A DNA stretch of 64,000 bases from Candidatus Eiseniibacteriota bacterium (GTDB lineage: Bacteria; Eisenbacteria; RBG-16-71-46; JABDJR01), in NCBI GenBank assembly GCA_963762255.1, contig CAVXKA010000001.1, positions 224,001 through 288,000 on the forward strand. Direction: 5' to 3'. This document shows, in pieces, positions 52,616 through 64,000 of the stretch. Each line of letters opens with the position of its first letter. Positions within the stretch are counted from its first letter, which is position 1. The notes beneath the pieces are model-generated. The model was not told the DNA's origin. It made no database searches and was given only the letters and a program-made list of their open reading frames with translations. The position numbers and the translations under genes were made by a program.

Positions 52616-55600
52616 TTACCTCTCGTTCCAGATCGCGAGCTTCATGACGCGCGGCTCCTGGCGCGAACCGTCGTCCACAACGATGCGGACGATGTACATG
52701 CCGTTGCCGAGCGCCCGGCCGTCATCGGTCTGGCCGCCCCACTCGATCATCACAGGACCCACGCCCTTCGTGCCCTTGAAGGCCGTCGCGACGTAGTCAC
52801 CCGCCCAGTCGTAGATGGTGACTTCGACGTCCGCCGGCTTGTTCAGCACGAAGGAAATCGTGGCGTTGCCCACGAGCGGGTTGTACGGGTTCGGGATCAC
52901 CTTCGCATCCATCACCTGGATGACGCCGCCGCCCACCGTGAAGCTGCAGATGGTGCTGAACTTGTTGCCCAGCTTGTCCTCTCCGCTTAGCTGCACGAAG
53001 TACGTGCCCGTTTCCAGGAGATTGCCCTCGTTGGTGATCGCGAACGAGACCCCGTTCTCAGTCACGTCCATGTTCTGGATGTTGTTCTCGCCCACAACCG
53101 CGCCGGTCGGGCCGGTGACCCGGACCTGGATGCTGTTGACGTCGATCCCAACACCCTCGTCCGTGAAGGACGCGGAGAACACGTACCGGTTGGTCTGGCC
53201 GACCGGATCGGGGGTCGTGCCATCGCAGACCACGCCAGGCGACGAGGGGAAGACCTCCGGCGCCACGGTGTCGACGATGAAGCGCTGCTCCACGAACCGG
53301 CTGCCCGCGTTGAACACGTTGTCCATCGGACCGGTCAGGTAGACCACGTAGACGGGCGTTTCCGAGCCGACCTCGTAGGTCTTGGTCACCGGCGCACCGA
53401 TGCCCAGGAAGAACTTGATCAGATCGAGGATAGACGCGTCGTCCAGGTGGTACGCCAGCGGGTCGAGGACCAGACGGTGGGTGTAGAGAGTGATCTCCAT
53501 CACCGTGCCGTTCTCGATCGTCCGGCCGCCGGTCAGCACCGCCAACGGAACGTTCAGCGTGTCTTCGGGCGAGTACTCGCTCAGCGAAGGCGTCACGTAG
53601 GGCTCCAGCGCGTTCGCGGTACCCGTGTAGATCAACGTCCGGGTCTCGATGTCGTCCGGATGACCGAGGTTCTCACCACCGGCCTCGTTGATCGTCCACA
53701 CGTCGTACTTGAACCCGTCGTCGCCGAACATGAGCTTGCTGTCATCGCACAGGATGCCGTACAGGTTGAAGATATCGCCGTAGCGCTCGCACAGAGCCTC
53801 GGCGGTCTCCTCCTCACAGCTATCGTCCTTCCAGTCATGGGCGATGGCGATGTCGTCGATACGGTCTTCCTTGAAGAGGATGCCCGAGCCGCCGTCGAAG
53901 AGACGGACGCCGAGGATGTCCTCTTCCAGGTTGATGTAGCCGGCGACATTGCTCAGCTTCGGACTGCCCACGAATCCGCCGTGGAACTCCACGTAGGGAG
54001 CGGTCCGATCGACCCAGAACTCGTACGTGAAGTCGGCCCCGTAGACCGAGAACTCGTTCTCGTCCTGGAACTCGAAGCGGAGCGTGTGCATCCCTTCCTT
54101 CAGCGCTTCGTTGTTCGCGCAGCTGTGACGGTAGTCCCACGCGATGGTCTGGTTTTCGTTGGTCACGTAATCCCAGTCGAACTCCGAGCCGGGATACATG
54201 AACCAGTCACTGTACGAGCTGTACGCGAGCTTGTTGTCGATGTAGAGCTCGAACGAGTCGGTGTCGATCTCGTCGCTGGAGGTCCGGATCACGCCGCGCA
54301 GGATCGGATCCTGATCGGTGTAACCGTTCCACTCGGGCGACATCGAAACCTCGACCGGGGCCTTCTCGTCGGTGGCGACCACCGTCCAGACGGTACCCGA
54401 GATTTCCATCGTGTTGAAACGGATCACGTTGGCTTCGGTATCGACCTGGATGTGGTTCACGTCCGCACGAGTCCACTGGTCGCCGTCCCACCAGCGGACG
54501 GAGAGCTTGGATTCGTCGTACGAGCCGCCGGTGGTCTTGACCAGGTCGGACTCCTTGTAGCGGATCCACCCCTTCGCCTGCCAGCCGTTGTCCGTGTCAC
54601 GCGTTGTGACGTCCCAGTCGGACTTGTGCAGCGTGGACAGGTACGACGGACCGATGGCCTCGACGTACTTGTCCTGCCACTCCGGCGTGACCGGGCGATC
54701 GGTGCGCTTGATCAGGAACCCGCGCTGCGAAGTCACAGCACCGGCCGGGATCTCCATCGCGAAGTCGTCGGTCGGGTAGCCGTCGGCCGCGAGATACCCG
54801 CGCCCGTCGACACCGGCGACGCCGTTCGTGCCGCGATCCATGGTCGTCTGGTAGAAGTAGAGGTACATCATCTTCATCTCGGTCTTGGGCGCAGGGGCGT
54901 CGATCGACGTGCGCTTCTTGCTGGCCGAGACGTAGAGACCCACCTTGGCGCCTTCGGTCGGGTTGACACCCTCGAACGCGCCTTCCAGGGTCGGAATTTC
55001 ACCCACCCACACCTTGCTGTCGTCGATCTTGGTGTTCATCTCGGGAACGAACTCGTCGATCGCGCCCAAGCCGTCCTCGGCAACCATGACCACGAACGGA
55101 GCCAGGGTCGCGTCGGTGGTCGCAGCTTCGACCCGACCGCCGGTGCCCTCGATATCCGCGGCCGAGGTCAGGCCGTTCGTCTCGGGGGCCGGCAGGCTCC
55201 CACCACCGTTCCAGTAGCCACCGAGGTTCCCCGTCATGAAGAACTTCGGAGCCAGCAGGTAGCCGAGGTTGTCGACCGGCGTGAACACCGTGCCGCCGTT
55301 CTCCGTCCGGTCAACCCGGACCGTGAGGATCGGCGTGTTGGGCAGGTCGTAGAGCCCGCTGAAGATATTCGGATCACCGTCGGCCGGCGTAACGCCGCCC
55401 TGACCGATGATGCCACTCTTCATCGTCAGCGCACCCTCGTCGGCCTTGGCCGGGAGGGTGGGGAGCTCATCGCTGGCAACCGCGCGCAGCTCGAGGAGCT
55501 GGCCTGCGGTGAACGTCGAGGTGACGAGTTCCGAGAACCACAGATCCTGCGGCTTGAGCCAACCGCTAGGAGCGTTCGGTTGCACGTCCAGACCCTCGCC

Positions 55601-58600
55601 GGTATCCGTCGAGGTTCCGATGGTCGTCCACTCGGCGTCGTTCACCTTGCGGTACTGGAAGAAGACCGTAGAGGCCTCCTTCTCGCCGAAGGTGAGACCG
55701 TAGACGCGGTCGATGATGCCCTTGGTGATCAGATCCTTGAAGTGCGGGTTGAAGGCCGACACCTGAGCCAGCGGAACCGCCACGTTCTCCACCGTCACGA
55801 CGACGATGTTGTGGCTGTCGCCGCAGTTGGCCGCCGTGTCGGTGGCCCGTGCCACCAGCAGATAGTCGCCGTCGGCGAGGCCACTGGTGTTCCAGAGAAT
55901 GCCCCACAGCCCGAGCGTGGCATCGTAGCCGGCGGTCCCGAGGAGCCGCCACACAGGCGCGTTCTCCCCTGTCGGGACGCTGGCGAGGAAGAACTGGACC
56001 TCCTTGACGTCGGTCAGGTCCTTGCCGCCGGTGCCGGTGTTCGGGATGTTGGGTTCGTCGTCGTTCACGGTCGCGTAGATGCGGACCTGGTCGCCGGCGG
56101 ACACATCGGTGATCTGATCGTTGTCGATCGGATCGATCGTCGTGTCGACGGTCTTCAGGGCCACGTGCGTGATCTCGATGTTCGGGTCGACGTTGTCCAC
56201 CACGGTCTTCTTCGCGAGGACGTTCTTGGTGGTGTTGCCGGCCACGTCGGTGGCGACCAGGCGCCAGTCGACAAGTGCCCCCGTCGCACCGAACTCATCG
56301 AGCAGGTCGACCGTGCTGCTGAAGCGCGTCGTCTTCCCGTCGAACATGGTCATGGAGCCGAACGAGGTCCAGTTGAGGTCAACGTCCTCGTCCGCGGACC
56401 ACTTCCACTGCCAGCTCAGGCAGTTCTCCCAGGAGTTCTTGTACGCGACATCAGTGTCACTGCTGGTGGCGATAAGGTCGGCAACCCGCTTGTCGGGGCT
56501 GCAAACCACATCACCCACGTTCTCCGGCACCAGAACCTTGTTGTCGGTCGGGTTGACCGCCGCGAAGGCAGGACCGGTGCGGTCGATGATGATCCGCGTG
56601 ATCGCCGGGCTGGCATCGCTGTTGCCCGCGTCATCGGTAGCGATGGCGGCGAGTTCGTACGATCCGTCGGCGAGCGGGGCGGTGGCCCAGCTGTAGATGA
56701 CCCAGGTCTGGATGTTGTCCAGGTCCTTGAGCCAAACATCGGCGTTGATCATCGTCCACGTGCTGGTTCCGGCCTTCCGATACATGAACTTCACGTCCTG
56801 CGTATCGGTCGCGCCGTCCAGGATGCGGGCCCAGAGCTGGCTCACACCGTTCACGCGGATGTTGTCAGGATTCTCGATCAGCACGTTCTCGGCCACGTTG
56901 CAGTCCGCGCCCGAGTAATCACGCATGATGTGGGTGATGGTCGCCTTCGGGGCGATGGTGTCGACGAACTTCACCGGGGCGGTTCCGCCCGCCGTGAAGT
57001 GCTCCACCACGTCCGTCGTGTTGCAGACCAGATCGCCCACCTCGACCGAGATGTTGTAGGTCTCGTTCGGGATCAACGGCTCCCCGTTCATGTCCCGGTA
57101 CTCATTCGTGTTCCAGTGGAACGCGTAGGGCCGGGTGTAATCGGGGTTGTCGTTGGTCGGCGGGACGCCGAACTCCTCGTCGAGCGCGACCCACGAGCCG
57201 AACTCGTTCAGATCCGTCGCGAGCTTGTAGTAGTAGGTCACGTGCAGATCGTCGTTGACGAGCACGCTGCCGCCGCCGGTGGCCTCGATGAGGACGCCGT
57301 CAAGGGAGTTGCGCTCGACCTGAGTGACAACCGCACCCGTCTTCGGGTTCTTCAGCGCGATGGCCATCTTGGGGGCCGTGTTGTCCACGATGAGGTGGTA
57401 GATCGCATCGTTGATGCTGACCTCTTCGTTACCCCACACGTCCACCGAGCGGACACGGACCTGCACCGAGTTCCCGTCAAGCGCGTCGTTGTACCAGATG
57501 TAGGAGCCATCCGGGTACTGCGCGAGGGTGTTCCACTCAGCCGACCAGATCGGGCCGAGGTGCGTGCCGGCGGCGCCGGTCACACCAGAAGCCTGACCCA
57601 GGATGAGGTCGCCGCCGCAGTTCATGTAGCACGAGCCCTCGGCGATGAGGATCCACGGGCCGGTGACGTTCGGCTTGCTCGGATCAACCCGGCGTCCTTC
57701 GAAGAACACCCGGCCGCCGAACATCGAAGCGTCGCCCTGCGGCGTGGAGGCGTAGAGATAGATATCACGCGCCACCGTCCCCAGCGCCCTGGCTCCGGTC
57801 AGATCCTGGGCAAGGACGTTGTCGTCGATGCCCATCAGGTACATGGGCTGCTCCGAACCAGCAAGGCCCTGGATCGGTTCCGGCTTGGTGACCATCAGGT
57901 AATCCAGCGCAGTCCGCGGATAGGTCGCGCACTCGTCATCGCGACCACCAGCCACCGCGATCAGCTTCGTGTCCTGCGGAGGCGTGTGATCCTGAACGAT
58001 CACCGCATCGAAGGACACGATGCCTGAGCAGTTGCCGGCATTGTCCCGCGCCACCACCTCGATGGTGTAGACGCTGTCGGTCGACGTCGGCAGGTTGGCC
58101 GGGGTCACCCAGTCGATCTTCCAGAGGTCGTCTTCGCTGGTCGCGGTGCCCGCGTCGTCGAGCGTCCCGAGACCGATGATGTTCCGGTTGTCGTCGCCGT
58201 CGTAGTAAGCGAACTGGACGGCGTAGATGCCGGAGGACTGATCCTGGAAGTCCTGGTAGTCGATCGTCGGCCAGTTCCCGTAGCTGTACCAGAGACCGTC
58301 GTTGACACGCACGGCCAGCGGGACGGTGTCACCGCCCGCGACGTGCACCGGCTCCGTGCCAGCGCCCGCCTCGAACTGACGATCGCCCGCGTACAGGTAG
58401 GTCAGGTCGGGGCTGTACGGATCGACCCGCAGCAGGATGCCCTCGTTGGCTTCGTTGGTGTTGCAGGCGTAGTCCACCGCGCGTACCCGGAAACGGTACT
58501 CCTTGGCGGGCAAATCTCCGTAGATAACCGCCTGTCCGCGTGGCATGAGGTCGGACATCGTGTCAGCCAGAGCTTCCAGGCTCGGGATAACGAGCTGCCA

Positions 58601-61600
58601 CTTGCCGTCGGGATTCAGGTTGTTCCCGACCGCATCGCGATACTGGAAGTAGCCGAAGTCGCCAGCAAGGCTGATCCAGGTCGGGTTCTCCGGGTCGGAG
58701 AAGTCGTCCAGGAACTCGAGCCACATCTGGTTCACGACCTCGGTGTCGTTCGCCGGATCCGTCACCGACGCGTAGAAGGTGATCGCCGGCGAATGCTCGG
58801 GGCAGATCGCCGTCTCGGCGGGGAGGAGGTCGGCGCGAATGATGTCGTGATCCTCGAGCGTCGTGCCGCCCACGCCCTCAGGACCCACGCGCGTGAGCAT
58901 GAAGTCAGGCGCGATGTGATCGATGATGACGGGGAAGCTCGGAACGTCCTCGGGGACGCCGTCGCCATTCGTGTCGCTCTGGACGTTACCGTCCGCGTCG
59001 GTCGCATAGGCCCGCACGTAGTACGTGCCGTCCGCGATCGGATCGGTGTCCCAAACGATATCCCACTGGGCCAGCGCCGGCCCCGGCAGGACGGTGAAGT
59101 TATAGTCGACGTCGATCGTCGTCCAGGGACCCGCACTGCTGGTCGCGTACTGGACGATGACCGTAGCCACGTCGAATCCGTTCCAGCCGGTGGCGACACC
59201 GAAGATGCCGATCTCGCCGCTCAGGGCTAGCGTCGGATCGAACGGCTTCTTGCAGTGGTCGTCGATGAAGCTGGCGTCGGGCCAGCACTCGGCGCAGAAG
59301 CGCGCGATCATCGCGACCGGACCGGTGGTGTCGTTCAACAGGATGTTGACGTTGCAGTCGAGCGCCGCGTCCTCCGCCTGATTGTTGTCGACCATGTCGA
59401 CCGCACGGGCCCTGATGCTGACGTAGAAGTCGCTCGCCAGGTTGGCGGCCAGGAAGCCGGTATCCCACGAGCAGTGATACATCCCGTCTTCGCCGACCAC
59501 TTCAACCCACGGGTCGTCGTCGTCGTTCAGAGGCGTGCAGTCGATCGGTGTCCAACTGGACATGGAATCCCATTCCATGCCGCCATGGAGGCTGTACTCG
59601 AACTGGACGTAGGCCACGTCAGTGTCGGTCGTGCTGGCAGTCAGCTCGATCACGTCGCCGATCGGGAAGATCGTTCCGTCCGTCGGCTCCGTGATGCACG
59701 CCTGCGGGATGTCCGCGTCCACCGTGATCTCGGCGCACACCTCGGGCGACTGTGCCCGCGGGTGACCGCACGAGTAACCCCAGTTGAAGCAATCGTCGAT
59801 CGCTACGACCCGGAGCTTGTAGGTGTAGACGGACTCGGCGGCGTCGTCGGTGATGCCGTCGAGGTTGTTATCGATCCCGTCCGTGAGCGGGTTCATCCAG
59901 CCGGGCAGCGAGAAGGTTCCGCCCCACCCGCCGTTCAGCGTCCAGATGAAGATCTTCCACGAGTCAAACCCGTCCTCGAAGATCGTCCGCCAGCGCGTCT
60001 CGGTGTCGTCCACCGAGGCCTGCAGGATAATCCCCGTGAGCTTGACGATGTCGCCGGTGGCCGGGACAGGGTCGCGGATCTCCACGTTGACCTGCACGTC
60101 GCCTTCGGGGGCAACCATGGTCTCGCTCAGCCAGATGCTGTTGACAATCGGCCGGGTCGGGTCGTAAGTGACCCAGATCTGACCGAGAACGCCCGAGACC
60201 CCGCCCGACACGAGGTTCGTGGTCGAGTTGCCGGCCTCGTCGACGACCGTGATCAGAACCTGCTTCAGCATATTGACGCCGAACAGGGCCGCCGGGTCGT
60301 CGGTGCTGTACACCCACACGTCCGACGGGAGCACGATCGTGGAAGAGCTGAAGCGCGGATCCGGAATGTTATCGACCTGGTTGTCACCAATCATGTCCAC
60401 GCTGAAGGAGTAGCCGTAGCTACCACCCAGCGGCAGGACTGCGTTGTACTGATAGATCCCGTCACCCAGGTTTGTCATCTCGACGTTGTAAGCCAAGATG
60501 CCGGGGATCGTGATGGTGACGTTTTCGACCGAGTCGGGATTGATGGCCTGGAAGCTCCAGCTATTCGCCGTCACGTTGGCCAGGTCATCGATGTAGAACG
60601 TGATCGGGATCGTGATCAGCGAGTCGTCTTCCGCCGTGTAGTGCGTGAAGTCGATCGCGGTTCCGCCCGCGATATTCATGAACACGCGGACGACGTCGTC
60701 CTGAGTGGTCACGAAGAACTGGTGCTCGATCCCGGTCAGCTTCGACTTGCAGGACCCGAAATCACCGCTAATGTCGCTGCCCCCGTAGGTCTCGCAGAGG
60801 GGGTTCCCGGGGTAGTTCGGGTTGAGGTGGCAGGAGTCGAGACCATAGACCGTGAACGTCGGCGCATCCGTGTCGTTGATCGGGAGCGCGAAGCCCTCGG
60901 TCAGACAGAGCTCGGAGCACGGACGGGAGCTGATGAACACCGAGTCCCAGACGCGGTAGGCCACTGCGATGATGTCGTAGTGGGTCACGTCGGAGTACGT
61001 CGGCTCCGGGACCAAGCCGTTGAAGGTGTCGGCATCCCAGGCCACCGAGTACGGGTACTCGTTGTCGCCGGCACCGATCGGCTTACAGTCCGTGACGTTG
61101 TAGTCGATCGTGACCACGTCGTCCACCGCCATGCCGCTCCCGAAAGTGATCGTGCTGGTTCCGGTGATCGTGTAGTCGAGCTTGGTCGGCGCGACCAGCG
61201 CGGCGAAGTCCGCCGGGCTGTACCACGTGGCGGCGACACCGCCCACCCAGACCGTCTCACTACCGTGCTCACCGACGGCGCCCGCCGCCCAGATCGAGTG
61301 ATTGGTCGTGGCGCTGTACGGATAGACCGTCGCAACGTCCAGGATCTCACCCTCGATCCGCTCAGCGTAGTAGAACTGCACCGTGATGCCGGTGTAGTCG
61401 CCGGCCACGTCCACGTCGGCCCTGATCACCACTTCCTCACCGGGGGTGAGGCTGTCGGCGTCGACACCGATTCTCGTGACGGACGTCACATGTGCTGTCT
61501 GGCGATTCAGGCTGAACCGATAGGGGTTCCCGAAGATCGGCGTGATGTTCCCGTTGACGTCGGTCGCCCGCGGGAAGAACTGGTACACGCCGTCCGTCAG

Positions 61601-63998
61601 GCCCGCGATGTTCCAAGCCGGGGCGTCGCCGGGCGGGTTCGGACCCGCGGCGCCGTCCAGGTCACCGAAGATGTAGGGATAGGTGGTATCCACCATGCCC
61701 GGCACGACCATCCACGCCGTCGTATCGTACGGCGCGGCGCCGCCGGCCTTGCGGTACCAGATCTCCACCTTCTCGATGTTCGTGTTGTCTTCGGCGGTAA
61801 CCAGCATCGAAAGCGTGGTCGGCTCGAGGCAGTAGGTCTCGAGGTTGCCACGGAGAACCGTGTTCGCCTCGAGCGTGTCCACCTCGGCAGTGACCACCAT
61901 CACGATGTCGGTCTCGGGACCCACGTTTTCGCCGAGAACCACGCACGCCTTGCAGGCGTCGGGATCGATGTCGAAGTTTCCGTTCGTGTCGTACGCGACA
62001 GCCCGGAAGTTCGTCTCGGTGTCGGTCGTGATCGCGAGATCCCCGTACAGGAACTTCGCCGTCCATCCGTCCACCCTCACCATGTCGGTGGAGATGTAGA
62101 CCCAGGTCGAGTCGACGCCGTTCCGCCAGTAATAGAACCGAACGGAATCAACGTCAGCGTCACTCGCTCCGCCCATAGGCTCGGCGATCAGGGTCAGGAA
62201 GTCCTGCGGGAAGATGTGCAGGCAAGGCGGACCGGTGGGCAGAACCACCGGATCGCCGCCAGCCGCCGGGATGTAGGACACCACGCAGAACTGCGGAGCC
62301 TCACTGTCGATGCAGTACTGCTCGAACCAGATGCGCGTGTTGCTGTCCGGAATCCCGTCACGCGGCGAAACGTCGTCATCCGTGTTGCCGAGAATGTCGG
62401 TCGCCACGGCACGGACGATGTAGCAGCCGCTGAGGCCGGTCACATCCCAATCCATGGCCCACAGGTCGAGATCGTCGTCCGAACCGTCGGCCGGGTTGTC
62501 CTTGAGGATCCAATCCGCCAGATCGAACGCGCTGTTGTTGTTCACGTCGCCGATGTACTCGTCGGCCGCGAAGTTCGTCAGCACCGTCCCGGGGGACATC
62601 CCGGCCTGGGTGACGACGACGATCACATCGGTGGCCGGCTGGAACGTGCCGTTGTTGTTCACGTCACGCACGATCGGGTCGACGGGGTTGTACCCGTCGC
62701 CGTCGACGTCCCAGTACCGGTAGTACTTGCCACCGATGGCCGCATCGAGTGCCCGGGCAGGGGCGTTCTTCAATACGCGCTCGGCACCCGTGCCGGCGCG
62801 GAGGATGACGTCGCCCTTGTAGCCGCGCTTGTCGGGAACCAGACCGTCCACGCCGATCGTGATCCAGGGGCCGCCGTCCGGCTGGCCGTCGGAGTTGGCG
62901 TCCGCGGTGTACTGGAACTCGACCTTGTTCACGGCGAGGTCGTGGATGTAGACGTTCGCGAACAGGCTGTCCACGTTGCCGGCCACGTTCACGACGGGCT
63001 GGATGTAGGCGCGCAGGCCGAGTATCGTCCAGCGTCGCGGTGGCCGTGCAGGTCATGTCCGGCATGCCGTTGCCTTCGATGTCGTAGGCGATGGCGCGCA
63101 GATCGTAGCTACCCGCCACGAAGCCGCGCGTGTCCCACGTCACCGTGGCCACCCACTCATCCGGACCGACGCTGATGATCGGGTGCTTGACGCCCGTCGG
63201 ATCGTCGAGGACGTCGGGAATGCCGTCGCCGCTCGTATCCGCGGGCACGCCGGTGATGGACACCAGCGGGAACCAGGTCAACGTACCCACCGGGCGGTAC
63301 TCGAACTCGACGCGGACCACGTCGTTGGTGGTCGGGTCGCCGTCGCCGTCGGTGAAGCACGCCGAGATGTCGACCGCGCTCTCCACGGGGACGAACGCGC
63401 CGTCAGACGGGTCGTAGTCGGACCCGATCTGGCAGAGGCACGCCATCGGCGGAGTGCAGTCGACGATGATGAGTTGCAGTTCGTAGCAGGTCGCGTCGAG
63501 CACGCCCGGCGAGACGAAGAGGCTGTCGCAAAGCGACTGCGGCTCCACGTTGCCGAAGTTGTCGGTCGCGATCGTGCGGAAGTAGAGCGTGTCCTGGGCC
63601 GCAGGCGGGTCGTTCGTCATCGGGCCGGCGGTGGTCCAGTCCCAGGTGAACGGCGCGCTGACGTCGGTCCCGAGGGCCGCCCAAGCCGTGCCGGTCCAGT
63701 ACTGGAATTCCACCGTGGCGACGTCGTTCACGTCACCCGCGATGTCGGCTTCCAGCGTGTAGGTTGCCGCATCCAGGAACCCGTCGTCGTCGTTGTCCGT
63801 CGAGATGACGTCGCAGACCTGGGTGCCGGCGGCATCCGGGTTGATGTCTGCCACGCCGTCAAACGGCGGAGGAGGGATGGTCGCGATGGGCGCCACGCTG
63901 TCGATCGAGAAACGCAGCGGCACCGCCCAGTTGGCGTTGCCCTGGTAGGCGTGGTCGAAGGCCACCGCGCGGATCCGGTACTCGGCTCCGTCGGCGAG
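52616..63998 (-). CDS. Giant (>3,790 aa) acidic Ig-repeat surface protein with FlgD-Ig/T9SS-like CTD; 5' end outside the window; one +1 frameshift near 63023
   Basis: The 3458-aa ORF joins the upstream ORF if one base is removed (..TLDD/LGLRAYIQPVVNV..); repeated V.F.Y..W..IG / W(D/N)T..L.DG.Y..RA.A.D..GN; CTD VIPNPYNP..IYDWAGD.V..WGGQTDDG..GNGMYIVRI. Confidence 0.85.
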
Positions 63999-64000
63999 GC

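Noticed and set aside
63015-63030. Programmed frameshift or phase variation in the giant gene
   Set aside because: No slippery heptamer, homopolymer or SSR; same +1 signature as the aceE errors
53447-63175. Very long plus-strand ORFs (1526 and 1306 aa) opposite the giant gene
   Set aside because: Antisense shadows of GC3-biased codons; Arg/Val/Gly-rich with no motifs

Overview
GC-rich bacterial window, probably from a diderm FCB-superphylum candidate lineage such as Eisenbacteria or Latescibacterota. This is inferred from the many FlgD-Ig/T9SS-like C-terminal domains and PorV/PorP-like barrels; no marker gene confirms it. Contents in order: a partial S9 peptidase, a LysM peptidase, a redox pair, a secreted GH38-like protein and a PLP decarboxylase; the aceE-aceF-lpdA operon (aceE broken by about six +1 insertions, probably assembly errors); a sigma-54 / histidine kinase / PP2C signalling cluster; and a housekeeping block (ruvB-queA-tgt-yajC-def-fmt-rsmB-PASTA-rpe). 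Next comes a ~16 kb LacI-regulated alpha-glucan capture locus with three visible operators, CBM48 and SusE/F-like lipoproteins, two plug-less beta-barrels, a PorV/PorP-like barrel, two CTD-secreted proteins and MalEFG, but no SusC/SusD. The window ends with a NatAB-CPBP ABC exporter and a >3,790-aa giant Ig-repeat surface protein, whose gene is followed by a PorV-like barrel fused to TSP3 repeats and OmpA_C. The best candidates for undescribed systems are the SusCD-independent glucan locus and the repeated pairing of a CTD substrate with its own barrel. No rRNA, tRNA, CRISPR or transposase was recognised. All family calls come from reading motifs, not from database searches.
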